From Phormidesmis sp. (lineage in GTDB: Bacteria > Cyanobacteriota > Cyanobacteriia > Leptolyngbyales > Leptolyngbyaceae): DNA of 64,000 bases. The stretch covers positions 1,504,001 through 1,568,000 of the forward strand of contig CBDFJR010000002.1 in NCBI GenBank assembly GCA_965248535.1, written 5' to 3'. The position numbers and the translations under genes were made by a program. A model generated the notes under the pieces. That model was given only the letters and a program-made list of their open reading frames with translations. It had not been told where the DNA came from and did not search any database. This document shows, piece after piece, positions 21,556 through 31,900 of the stretch (position 1 is the stretch's first letter; each line of letters opens with the position of its first letter).

Positions 21556-22173
21556 ATGACTTCAGTCATTGTTCATCAGTCGGAGTTGAGTTTTGAGGCT
21601 TTTGTCGATCGCTACCTAGACCACGATCGCTATGAGTTAATCGATGGAGAATTAATTGATTTGGAACCTACGGGACTTCATGAACAAGTAGCGGGATTTG
21701 CGAATCGTAAACTCAATGTTGAGATCGATCGTCTAAATCTACCGTGGCTAATTCCCATGAAGTGCCTGATCAAGCCACTGAGTCTAGCTTCAGCGTTTCG
21801 CCCAGATGTTGTGATTCTAGATCAATCTGTGTTGAGGAATGAACCGTTGTGGCAGCGTGAGCCTGTGATCACGATGGGACGCTCTATAAAGCTAGTAATC
21901 GAGGTGGTCAGCACCAATTGGCAAAATGACTATGCCCGAAAAGTAGAAGACTATGAGGCGTTAGAAATTCCAGAATACTGGATCTTGGATTATTTGGGTC
22001 TGGGTGGTAAGCGTTATATTGGTCTACCAAAGCAGCCTGTAGTTACGATTCATCAATTAGTCAGTGGGGAATATCAGAGTCAGCAGTTTCGAGGAAGCGA
22101 TCAATTAGTTTCTCCAACATTTCCAGAATTGCAAATAACAGCCGCACAAGTTTTTGCAGCAGGAGACTCTTGA
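21556..22173 (+). CDS. Uma2-family endonuclease
   Basis: YELIDGEL, RPDVVI, EVVSTNWQNDYARKVEDYE, IPEYWI. Confidence 0.92.
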   Translation: MTSVIVHQSELSFEAFVDRYLDHDRYELIDGELIDLEPTGLHEQVAGFANRKLNVEIDRLNLPWLIPMKCLIKPLSLASAFRPDVVILDQSVLRNEPLWQREPVITMGRSIKLVIEVVSTNWQNDYARKVEDYEALEIPEYWILDYLGLGGKRYIGLPKQPVVTIHQLVSGEYQSQQFRGSDQLVSPTFPELQITAAQVFAAGDS

Positions 22174-22272
22174 CGAGTAAATAACTCCTCAGTTACAAAA
22201 ACATCAGTTCGATAGAAGGGGTTCGCTCTGATTGCGAATTTGAGAAGCAAGACTACTTGTTAGACTGACGTT

Positions 22273-22294
22273 AAAAAAGGGCACGATCGTGCCC
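22273..22294 (-). terminator. Likely terminator hairpin
   Basis: Palindrome GGGCACGATCGTGCCC followed by T6 on the minus strand. Confidence 0.6.
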
Positions 22295-22320
22295 CATCAC
22301 AACTCCTAAATTTGTAGAGA

Positions 22321-22872
22321 CTATGCAATGATCAATGTCTCTGCAAGAGCAGGTAACTTTGCTTTACCGATCCCACATTTTAGTTTTGTTAAGAAGACGA
22401 GGCTTGTGATTTTGTTTTTCTCGCGATAATCTACGATCGCTTGAGCGACTTTCTGAAGATTCAACTTGCTGAACTCTGCTTTTCTTGATTGAACGAACTT
22501 CAGTGCGTTTACAAGCTCTTGATCAGAAGCGGTCAAAATGTTGATCCGAACGATTTCTCCAGTTTCAACTTCTACCTGAGATTGCATTGCGGCATCTACA
22601 ACAATACAACGAACAAAATCTAGCCCAGCTTGTTTGGCAGCCTCAAGAATATGAGTATTCAAGGTTGCTTGATAGTCGTCTTCACCAAGTTCTCGCACAA
22701 TCACAGGAAGGACATTTTTCCCTTGAACTTTTAGTTCTTGTGCAATGGTTTGAATCACAATTTCTTGAGTATCTGCTTTTCCTCGAACATATTTACAAGC
22801 AATGCGTAGCACTTTACCAAGTTGAGTGTCGATCGACAAATTTTTAGAGTGAGCTTCATGGCAGTTAATCAA
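22321..22872 (-). CDS. ParB/Srx-like N-domain plus helix-hairpin-helix-like C-domain protein
   Basis: NVLPVIVRELGEDDYQ....H.LEAAKQAGLDFVRCIVVD (ParB-like); INILTAS...LTKLKCGIGKAKL (HhH-like); overlaps the end of the upstream ParA-like gene. Confidence 0.6.
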   Translation of the reverse strand: MINCHEAHSKNLSIDTQLGKVLRIACKYVRGKADTQEIVIQTIAQELKVQGKNVLPVIVRELGEDDYQATLNTHILEAAKQAGLDFVRCIVVDAAMQSQVEVETGEIVRINILTASDQELVNALKFVQSRKAEFSKLNLQKVAQAIVDYREKNKITSLVFLTKLKCGIGKAKLPALAETLIIA

Positions 22873-24280
22873 TGAAATTGTGATTGAGAAAAACTTCGTT
22901 GGTTAGTTCGGCATAGCGCTTGGCAATGGAAGAACTTTGCCAAGAGATGACAGGGACTCCCTTGAACTCAGCAATTTTTGTCTGGACATAGGTATTTAGC
23001 CTTGCTTTGTACTGCTTCCCAGAAAAATTATGTTCGGTGAGTTTTTCATCAATTGCTTTTTTGAGAACTAGGCTGGCTTCCTCAGTTGGGCAGTTACTAA
23101 AAACAAGTCCTAAACTCCAAGGTGAATAGCCTAGAGATTTTGATGCTCTCAGTTTACGGAATGCTGGAATGTGATTTTGATGCACATTCATGGCATGATG
23201 TAGGGCTTTACCTCCCAGATCAACGGGAATTAAATTCACATCACAGGTCATGAAAGCACATCCCGCAAGTTCATCGTAGGCCGGTGCGAATATCAATGAA
23301 AATGTAGTCGTAATCCGACTTTAGCAACCCAACCAATTTTCTGAAGATAGAATTGGCTCAAATGCTAGATCGTCTTCATCATCACGAAATCTCAGCAAGA
23401 AATCCCGCTCACACGGTAGTACAGAAACAGAATATCTGTGTCTGATAAACCCAAATGTTGAAAACGGACAATCTCGAATAGCATTTTTGAGAATTTAGAA
23501 GCCTGCTCTAAATCACCTCGTTGAATGAAATCAGCGCAAGGAGTTAGATAGTCAACAATTTGTTCACTTTTGATTCCTAATCCTCGTGATAAATCACCTT
23601 GAGGATCTAAATCAATCAGCAAAACTCGCTTACCTTTTAGCGCGAGAGTTGCGCCAATATTAATTGCATTGGTTGTTTTAGCAACACCGCCTGCCTGATT
23701 CCAGATGTTGCTGAGACTAGTGCAGATGGTTTGCTGTGCAAGCAGTCTGCTAACTGTCTCATTAGTTTTGGCAAGCTTTCTTCTGTCACTTTTTGAATTG
23801 GAGTTAGTGGAAAAATTAAACCATCAACTCGTCGCCAAATTTGAAAGAAATCGCCATTAAAAACCCAACCGTAGGAAGCTAAGAACCTTTGAGGGACGAC
23901 ACCGTTGTCAAGATACTGTTGAATTCCATTCTGCTGAGGGGCGTTATACCCAACTGCATCTCTTAGTGGCGCGGGGTGAATGGCACACATCTTCAAAGAA
24001 GTAACCTGAGAAAGTTTTGGGTTTCCACCTCGGCTTTTGCTTTCAATTACTAAGATGGGTGGCTCTAGATCACAGTAAACAAGCAAGTCAGGAATGCGCC
24101 CAGGCGAGATTGCTTGAGCCATTTTTTAACGGGAAGCTGAAACCACAGGCTGCTAACATTGGTAAGTTAGCATCTAATGTTGCTGAAGCTATCATTCGCT
24201 TCCAAATATCAATGACAGCTTGAATTTGGTTCTTGGAAGGCTTGATTGCTCAAACTAGAAAGTTCGGCGGCAGCTACCAT
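22865..24280 (-). pseudogene. PD-(D/E)xK nuclease-like / ParA-family ATPase fusion with multiple frameshifts
   Basis: Pieces in different frames: [66 protein letters not shown]......S.IAKRYAELTNEVF. Confidence 0.75.
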
Positions 24281-24486
24281 GCGATATTCTTTACTTTAAC
24301 TTTGCTTCAGAGTTCCCGAAAATACTTTGAGGGATCGACTGAGTTGAAAAATTAAAGTAAAAACGTGTCGATCGCTTCCCCGCTGCATAGAGAAGCTGTT
24401 GTTGTTCAGTTTGGCAACAATCAAATGACGACCTTGGGGTGGCGATCGTCAGCAATCCATCTATGTCAAAATCATGAGGTAATCCC

Positions 24487-24737
24487 ATTTCTCTAACCAC
24501 TGTGCAGGCTTTTAAGGCCGTAGAACTCTGCCAAAGTCTCTCCAACCTGTTTCGGAACATATATCTTTTCCGATTTGATTCCCTAACCGGAGAGATTTAT
24601 ATCCTTGCCGAGGAAACCATCACTGTCATTAGGCAAAATGGAAGCGACTATTTAGACAAAACCAAACTTTGAGGCAATGAGTAAAGAAGAACTGAGAGCT
24701 TATGTTCTTCATCGAGACGATGATGAGGCTATCAGAG
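24487..24737 (+). pseudogene. Degraded first copy of the DUF6888/DUF6887 pair
   Basis: TTTATGACAAA became TTTAGACAAA, removing both the upstream stop and the partner ATG; partner truncated at the repeat junction. Confidence 0.7.
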
Positions 24738-24840
24738 CGTGTCGATCGCTTCCCCTCTGCATAGAGAAGCCAACTCAAATGATGACCTTGGGGTGGCGAT
24801 CGTGGGCAATCTATCTATGTCAGAATCATGAGGTAGACCC

Positions 24841-25017
24841 ATTACTCTAACCACTGCACAGGCTTTCAAAGCCGTTGAGCTTTGCCAAAGCCTCTCCGAC
24901 CTGTTTCGGGACATCTATCTTTTTCGATTTGATTCCCTAACCGGAGAAATTTATATCCTTGCCGCAGAAACCATCGAAATTGTCATCCAACAAAACGGAA
25001 GCTGGGACTATTTATGA
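24841..25017 (+). CDS. DUF6888-like small protein (58 aa, probable ATT start)
   Basis: ITLTTAQAFKAVELCQSLSDLFRDIYLFRFDSLTGEIYILAAETIEIVIQQNGSWDYL*; GAGGT upstream of ATT; ATGA overlap with next gene. Confidence 0.65.
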   Translation: MTLTTAQAFKAVELCQSLSDLFRDIYLFRFDSLTGEIYILAAETIEIVIQQNGSWDYL

Positions 25018-25205
25018 CAAAACCAAACTTTGAGGCAATGAGTAAGGAAGATCTGAGAGCTTATGTTCTTGCTCATCGGGAGGACGACGAGGCAATCAGA
25101 GCGCTCTTTAGTCGTCGCGATCCTAATAAACCGTTCTATAGCTATGACCTGAGTCCTGAGGAGACGCAAGAGATTATCAGGCGCAAAATTGCAGGGGAAC
25201 TTTGA
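25014..25205 (+). CDS. DUF6887-like small protein
   Basis: MTKPNFEAMSKEDLRAYVLAHREDDEA pattern. Confidence 0.75.
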   Translation: MTKPNFEAMSKEDLRAYVLAHREDDEAIRALFSRRDPNKPFYSYDLSPEETQEIIRRKIAGEL

Positions 25206-25292
25206 ACAAAAATAGAGGCAGTGAACACAGAAATTCTGCAAACTGCCTCTAAAAAAGACGTTAGCGTTTTGTCAGAACGCCGATCGCTGAGT

Positions 25293-25619
25293 CTAGTTGT
25301 GGCGATCGCGATAGATCGAGTTAGACAGGTGATTGAGACGCTGATTGAGTTGAGCGCGTTCGCGAGGAGTCAAAGAGCCGCCGTCTCTCGCGTCTCGTCT
25401 TTGCTGAAGTTCGATCGAGAGCGATCGCCGTTCTAGATTTCGATATTCTTGGCGATTGAGTTGATGGTCTTGCACTCCGTTAAAAATGCGCTGTTGTTGT
25501 TCAGTTTGGCGATTGTTAATGGTGTGGGGAAAGTCTTCGCTGGCTTGAGCCGCGAGCGGTGCAATCAGCGTTGCAGCACACGCAATAGGCGCAGCAAAAC
25601 GGATGATGGAATGCATCAT
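25293..25619 (-). CDS. Secreted small helical-repeat protein
   Basis: Signal peptide (..LAAQA), QQQRIFNGV..QLNRQEYRNLE / GGSLTPRERAQLNQRL repeats. Confidence 0.75.
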   Translation of the reverse strand: MMHSIIRFAAPIACAATLIAPLAAQASEDFPHTINNRQTEQQQRIFNGVQDHQLNRQEYRNLERRSLSIELQQRRDARDGGSLTPRERAQLNQRLNHLSNSIYRDRHN

Positions 25620-25827
25620 AAAATATCCTAAGGGGTAAAAGTGGTCACGAAGTCTGATGAGTTGCCCGATCGAGCGCTCCGAATGGCTCAATCTCGATCA
25701 GTTAGACCCAGGTAAGAGAAAAAAGGTTCAGTGATGGGCGCGATCGGTCTTACTTCAAGATTCAGGAGATTCCCAAGTCAACCTTCAACCCAGTAGTCTA
25801 GAATTCATCTTTTGTCGCAGGGCGTTT

Positions 25828-26055
25828 ATGACTTCAGGGGTTGCCCTTCTCGCGATCGTGATTATTTTGGGTTCTCTCTTGGTTCTAGCCCCGATCGTGG
25901 CTGACTATTACTACGCTTGCCGTAAATTAGAGTCATCGTCAAGCCCGGCAGAGATCAGCAAGACGATCGCTGGAGGCTATCGCTATGTCTGTTGGGTGAC
26001 GGGCACCGCCATGATTGCCGCCGCGATCGTCCTATTGTTTCGGCTCGAATGGTAA
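25828..26055 (+). CDS. Two-TM hypothetical membrane protein
   Basis: Two hydrophobic helices; fills the intergenic space. Confidence 0.55.
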   Translation: MTSGVALLAIVIILGSLLVLAPIVADYYYACRKLESSSSPAEISKTIAGGYRYVCWVTGTAMIAAAIVLLFRLEW

Positions 26056-26162
26056 ACCGTTCCCTCAAAGAAAATCAATTGAGTAACGACCCCTTCTGTA
26101 TGAGCCAATTTCCTCAGTTGGGCTAATCTATACAGTGAGTGGCGTAGAAGAGTGAGAAATTT

Positions 26163-27416
26163 ATGTTGAGTTGGGATCAAAGTTCCAGCATTGCCCTGAT
26201 GCAGCGAGAGCGAGCCTGGGTAGAAATTGATTTGACCGCGCTAGCACACAACATTCATCAAATTCGGAGGTTGCTGTTGCCCCACACCGATTTGATGGCC
26301 GTCGTCAAAGCTGATGCTTATGGGCACGGAGCCGTCACGGTTGCCCAGACCGTTTTGCAGGCTGGCGCAACCTGGCTAGGAGTGGCCACTATTCCTGAAG
26401 GCATTGAGCTTCGAGAAGCGGGCATTGAGGCTCCGATCTTGGTCATGGGTGCAACTCACACCGCCGAACAAATTCGGGCGATCGCTGACTGGAATCTTCA
26501 ACCCACCCTCTGCACTCCTAAACAAGCGCTTGTGTTTTCGGAAGCGATCGGTCAATCTTTACCGCGTCAGCCCCTGCCCGTTCACATCAAACTCGATACT
26601 GGAATGTCGCGACTGGGAACATCTTGGCAAAACGCCGTTGAGTTTGTTCAACTCGTTCAAGGGTTGCCGGGGTTAGCGATCGCCAGCATCTATTCTCACC
26701 TAGCCACGGCTGACGACCCCGATCCCACTATCATGCGCCAACAGCAGCAGCGCTATGAACACGCGATTCAAACCTGCGGATTTTCTCCGGCTCTCAACGC
26801 TGCCAGGCAAATGCCTTCCCCTCGGTTTCACCTCGCCAACTCAGCCGCCACGCTCACCGATGCCAGTCTGCACTACGACATGGTGCGAACCGGACTGGTG
26901 ATTTATGGGCTACATCCCGCCAAGCATTTGACCAATCAGATTGACCTAAAACCCGTAATGCAGGTAAAAGCGCGAGTCAGTCAGGTCAAAACTCTGCAAC
27001 CCGGAACCGGAGTCAGCTACGGTCACAAATTTATTGCCGATCGAGAAACCCAAATCGCTGTTGTAGGAATTGGCTATGCAGACGGCATTCCTCGCAATCT
27101 CTCCGATCGGCTAACTGTTTTAGTCAGAGGTCAGCGAGTTCCTCAAATCGGCGCAATCACAATGGATCAAATCATGCTGGATGTCAGCACCATTCCCGCT
27201 TTGCAAGAAGGCGAAGTCGTTACACTTTTAGGACAAGACGGCAATCAGCAGATCTTAGCCGACGATTGGGCACAGACTCTAGGCACGATCTCCTGGGAAA
27301 TTCTCTGTGGCTTTAAGCATCGCCTGCCTCGTGTTGCTGTTGGCAAGCCCTACGGCTCTCGTCAACCCTTATCTGGAGTTCGGCAGTCTCCCTTGCAGCA
27401 GAGTGACCTAGACTAA
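26163..27416 (+). CDS. alr: Alanine racemase
   Basis: AVVKADAYGHGA, KLDTGMSRLG, GYADG, ITMDQ. Confidence 0.97.
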   Translation: MLSWDQSSSIALMQRERAWVEIDLTALAHNIHQIRRLLLPHTDLMAVVKADAYGHGAVTVAQTVLQAGATWLGVATIPEGIELREAGIEAPILVMGATHTAEQIRAIADWNLQPTLCTPKQALVFSEAIGQSLPRQPLPVHIKLDTGMSRLGTSWQNAVEFVQLVQGLPGLAIASIYSHLATADDPDPTIMRQQQQRYEHAIQTCGFSPALNAARQMPSPRFHLANSAATLTDASLHYDMVRTGLVIYGLHPAKHLTNQIDLKPVMQVKARVSQVKTLQPGTGVSYGHKFIADRETQIAVVGIGYADGIPRNLSDRLTVLVRGQRVPQIGAITMDQIMLDVSTIPALQEGEVVTLLGQDGNQQILADDWAQTLGTISWEILCGFKHRLPRVAVGKPYGSRQPLSGVRQSPLQQSDLD

Positions 27417-27504
27417 CCAACTATTCTCAATACCAATTGCTCCAACCCGATAAACGCATCCTCTTGTCAGCGCCATTTTTGACACGATCGCCACAAGGTA
27501 GACC

Positions 27505-28314
27505 ATGAATATGTTTGTAATCGAGACCACCTATTTAGGACAAACTCTCCCCCACCTAGCGTTTCAGCAAAACGCGATAAACTTGGCGTTTCAAATTGTC
27601 CCAAAAGTGCTGTGGGCGATCGCCATTTTGATGCTGACTCGTTGGGCTTCCAATCTCGGCAAACACGTCGCTCATCGCGTGCTCAAACGCACTGAACCCA
27701 CCATTCAAAAATTCTTACTGCAAGCGGCAGTGATTTTAATCTGGGTCGTTGGCATTGTCGCTGCCCTTCGCGCTGTTGGCATCGAAACCACAACCGTAGT
27801 GGCAGTGGTAGGCGCGGCTGGGTTAGCGATCGGTCTAGCCCTCCAAAGCAGTCTGTCTCACATCGCCGCCGGAGTCATGCTAGTCAGCTTCCGTCCGTTT
27901 GAGGTGGGCGACACGATCGAAGGGGCCGGAGTCATTGGCACCGTGGACAGCATTGGGTTATTTTCAACCACCGTAATCACTTCCGATAATGTTCGCATCA
28001 CCGTTCCCAACAGCAATCTGTTTAGCGGCACCTTAAAAAATCAAACCATCATGGGCACTCGTCGCCTAGATCTAGAAGTGGACATTGGCGATCGGGCGAT
28101 CGAGCCTACCATCACTCATCTGCTATCGCTTGTGCAGCCCCACCCTTTGGTCTTAACCAACCCCAAAGCGACCTGTCACGTTGCATCCATCACTCCCACC
28201 AGCACCCTGCTCTATCTGCGTCCGTGGTGCTTGGCGCAATGCTATGAGCAAGTCAAATCAGAGATTTTGCAACTCGTCAAAGAAGCGTTGGTCGAACAAA
28301 ACAGCGCGCCATAA
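27505..28314 (+). CDS. mscS: Small-conductance mechanosensitive channel
   Basis: GAAGLAIGLALQ, RPFEVGD, VPNS. Confidence 0.9.
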   Translation: MNMFVIETTYLGQTLPHLAFQQNAINLAFQIVPKVLWAIAILMLTRWASNLGKHVAHRVLKRTEPTIQKFLLQAAVILIWVVGIVAALRAVGIETTTVVAVVGAAGLAIGLALQSSLSHIAAGVMLVSFRPFEVGDTIEGAGVIGTVDSIGLFSTTVITSDNVRITVPNSNLFSGTLKNQTIMGTRRLDLEVDIGDRAIEPTITHLLSLVQPHPLVLTNPKATCHVASITPTSTLLYLRPWCLAQCYEQVKSEILQLVKEALVEQNSAP

Positions 28315-28326
28315 TTCTGCCGACCT

Positions 28327-28827
28327 TCACGTTCTCGGCGATCGCGGCAACACTTGCCTTTCCTGCTCTAACTTGACCTTGAGATTGACCAATTCATTGT
28401 CTTTAGCATTGAGTTTAAAGTTAAGGTCTCGAATGCGACGGGAGAGAATGCGAATAATATTGAGGGCAATTTCTGGGGTTTCGTCGATCGCTTCATAGAG
28501 TTGCTGCTGCGTTAAAACCAGACAATCACAAGCTTCTAAAGCAGTCACCGTTGCCGATCGTGGCTCTGAGTCAAACAGCGACATCTCCCCAAAAAATTCA
28601 CCCTTTTTGAGAATCACTAAATCCTGGTCGCCAATGTGCACCCGCACCCGCCCGCCTGCCACCACATAGACCGATCGCCCTTCTTGCCCCTGAGTAAAAA
28701 CGACTTCTTTAGGGTTAAACGCGTGTTCCTCCATGATCGAAGCCAGTCTCACCAAAAAGTCATCCCGAAGTTCTTGAAAAATCGGGACTCCGCGAACCAG
28801 TAATAATCGATCGAAACTGTTTAACAT
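28327..28827 (-). CDS. Cyclic-nucleotide-binding domain protein (no HTH)
   Basis: GEFFGEMSL..EPRSATV phosphate-binding cassette; C-terminal coiled coil. Confidence 0.92.
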   Translation of the reverse strand: MLNSFDRLLLVRGVPIFQELRDDFLVRLASIMEEHAFNPKEVVFTQGQEGRSVYVVAGGRVRVHIGDQDLVILKKGEFFGEMSLFDSEPRSATVTALEACDCLVLTQQQLYEAIDETPEIALNIIRILSRRIRDLNFKLNAKDNELVNLKVKLEQERQVLPRSPRT

Positions 28828-28926
28828 GGCAGATTATAGACGGGCTTCTCAGGTGAGAATCTAGTGAAGGATCAAAGGCGCGATCAAGAAGGCACTTCCA
28901 AATTTTACGGGCTGTTGCGGCGATCG

Positions 28927-31900
28927 CTACATCGGTCTTAGCTCTCCAGTGCTGGGCATATCATCTTCTTCAAGCGCCGGGCGCACAAACGGAATCTGAT
29001 CAAGACCCAAGCCTTTGAGCATTTGCTTAACTTGCACCAAAACTAGCCGATCGGGATCATTTTGCAGCCTGGGCAAAATTCTAGCCAGCGCACTGGGCGA
29101 AGCAAGCTCCAAGTAAGATAACACTGCTTCTCTGACAAACCCTCTCGGATGGTTGAGACTCGACAAAATTTGATCACTGGTCAGCCGACAGCGAGAACGC
29201 CGGGCCACATGAAAACAACACGCCAGCGACCAATCTGACAAAAAGTGCCGCAGATCTAGCAGGTGCCGAATCCGATCGTCAGGGTTCATCGGCTCATAGT
29301 CAACCAGACCCGACAGATTTTGCAGTTTTTCGCTATCCAGATTGCGATCCAGCAGCGCCAGCAGGGCCTGCTTTGAAGGAATATCCAGCGTGTTGTCTAA
29401 AATTTCTAAACCTTGGGCTTGATTGGCGAGCGATTCCGACTGCAAGTTAAACGAGGCCACCTGAATCGTTCCTAGATCATAGAGGAACTTCATCAGCAGA
29501 AATAAACGCTCGATCGCATCGGTGGGCATATCGCGCAAGGCGCGTCGCAGCAGGTCTGCTTCTTGTCCTTGCAGGCTCTCTGGAGCGAGATCGACCAGCG
29601 CGGCATAGACTTGACCAATCAACATAATCTCTTGGTCAATCAGTTGCTCGACTCCTCGCCGACCCAGCCGATCGAGAACAATATCGATGCCGCGCTCTTG
29701 AGGAATTTTGAGCAAAATTCGCAAAATATTGCGGCGAGTCTCTCCCCAGGCGGTTTTGAGCCGAGAAATCAGCAGATCAATAGCTTCTAGTGTGCCAATT
29801 TGCCCGATCGCGCTCCAAGCATAGCAGCGCACTAAATCTGACTGGTGAAAGTCTTCTGCCAGCCTCACCAACATAGGCAGCGCTTCATTTTCTAGCTTGA
29901 CCAGCGCTCTCTGGGCCGCATCTCGCGTCGATTTATAGCTCAACCCTCGCAGCAGTGCAGGATAGTATTCTTCGAGTCGGGTGGCCCCGATCGCTTCCAG
30001 CACAGCACATCTGACTTGCAGTGATTTATCCTGCAAAAGACTGGGAATATAGAGCCGCAGCGCTTGCAGATAGAGGGCTTCTCCTAAGGCTCGACAGCCC
30101 ATTACCCGTTCGCGCCGATCTTTGTGGGTCAACATCAGCCTGAGAGAATTGGTCGCCTCGGCCTTTTGATTGGGGGTGCCGCGTCGCAACATCAAAGAAG
30201 CGGCTGTGCCGCGAATAATCGGGTCGATCGTGGGCGGCAGATAAGATTGTAGTTGACTCATATCGGGGTTAGGGTCGGTCAGCCAGACATAGCGCAGGGC
30301 AACCGCCATCACTTCAGCAGTCGGCTTTTGAGCAATCAACGCTCGCACATCACCCAGATAAACCAGGTTGGGATAGTTGAGCATCACGTCCAAACTTTTT
30401 TCCTGCAAACTGGGCGAAAGCTTGTCCAATAAGGGAGACAGCACTTCGCCCACGTTGCCGGGATCAATTTGGCTGAGTAGCTCAATGCACGATCGCTTAT
30501 CGGCTTCGGCTCCGGGCTTCTCTAGTGACTCGATCACAGCCCGCTTTAGCTCTCGCAGATCCACATCAGAGCCGCTGAGTTTTCCACGCCCAGCATCAAA
30601 CACGAGCAAGTTTAAATAATCCTTCTTCAGTCGTCGAATCGTCCACAGCCAAAATAGCGCCAAGGCAATCACGATCGTAAAGATGGTCAAGTTTTGCACC
30701 TGAACTCCGGTGCCTTTTTGAGCATAAACCATCAGCAGCAAGGCGACCCCAGTGCCTCCGGTCGCGAGTGGCTCTGCAACGCCGCGCACTTTTGCCTGCA
30801 ACCCGCCCCTCAGCATTTCTGGGATCGGCTGAAACAAAACCGGACTCACACTCGCAAATAGCGTGTAGTGCAGCAGTTCGTATAAAAATTTGCGGGTGAC
30901 TAAGCCCCAAAACAGCAAAACCCAGCCCTGAGTGACCACACTGCTGATAACGATCCCGATCGTCAGCAAAATAATCACCACAGGCAGCGCCATCAGCGCA
31001 TTAAAAACCCCCACCCGCTCAATGACTCGACTCGAAAACATCCACTGCCCGGCAAGCTCACAGATGCCCAGAGTGCCGTTGAGAACCGCGAGAAAACTGG
31101 CAATTTTATCGCCTTGGGACGCAAACCCTGGCTGTTGTTCTAACAGGCTGAGGAACTGAAAATCAACTAACAGCAGCAACACCTGTGCCATCACAAAGAA
31201 GATGATCAGCAGTCTCACATAGCCCTTCATTTCTCCGCGCACTCGGCTGAGAGTGGCTTCTGACTGCCATTCTTGACGACGACGATCGGGAAACGACTGT
31301 TGATAAGTTTGGCTCAAATACGAGAGCACCACCGCGCCCAGCACCATCATGCCAAACGAGAACAAAACCACCGTGGGCAACCCCTGCGATCGGGGGAAAA
31401 ACGTCAGCACGATCGGCAGCGAAAACCCACTAATAATATCTGCCAGCAGCACGCCACTGCTAATTAAGGGATAGGTTCGCTTAATTTCGCGGATATTAAA
31501 TAACTGGTTAGCCGTAATCGAGGTGTTGATGTCGTTGAGCACATAAATCGCCTCTAACCAGAGCCGCAGCAGCAGCACCGTCGTCTTGAAAATAGTCACC
31601 CCACCGATCACCGCGACTTCCGAGAAGCTGAGTCCAAAATAAAAGAGCAGTAGCGGCAGTGCCATCAGCAGCGCGATCAGCACGATCACTCGTCGCAGGG
31701 GCAAAAAGCGCTGCATCCAAGAATAGAGCACTCCTAAGCCAACGCTGATCCCCGAACTGGCAATATAAATTTTGGGCAGGGCATCTGCGCCATATTGCTC
31801 CAGAAATAGCCCCACTGCGCTTGCTTCTAGCCACAGCAGCCCGATCGAGGTGAGCGTATAAAACGTAAACATGACCAGCGTGCGCTTACTTTCTTCTGGT

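Larger units (their letters stand above)
24364..25100 (+). repeat. Imperfect tandem duplication (~355-375 bp unit; copies start 24364 and 24738)
   Basis: Both begin CGTGTCGATCGCTTCCCC.CTGCATAGAGAAGC and share GATTCCCTAACCGGAGA.ATTTATATCCTTGCCG and AAACCAAACTTTGAGGCAATGAGTAA. Confidence 0.92.

Noticed and set aside
24291..24914. Minus-strand ORFs 24291-24560 and 24732-24914 as real paralogous genes
   Set aside because: They are antisense shadows of the duplicated plus-strand pair
13233..26162. Single prophage or integrative element spanning both accessory patches
   Set aside because: No integrase, phage or conjugation genes, and core metH lies in the middle
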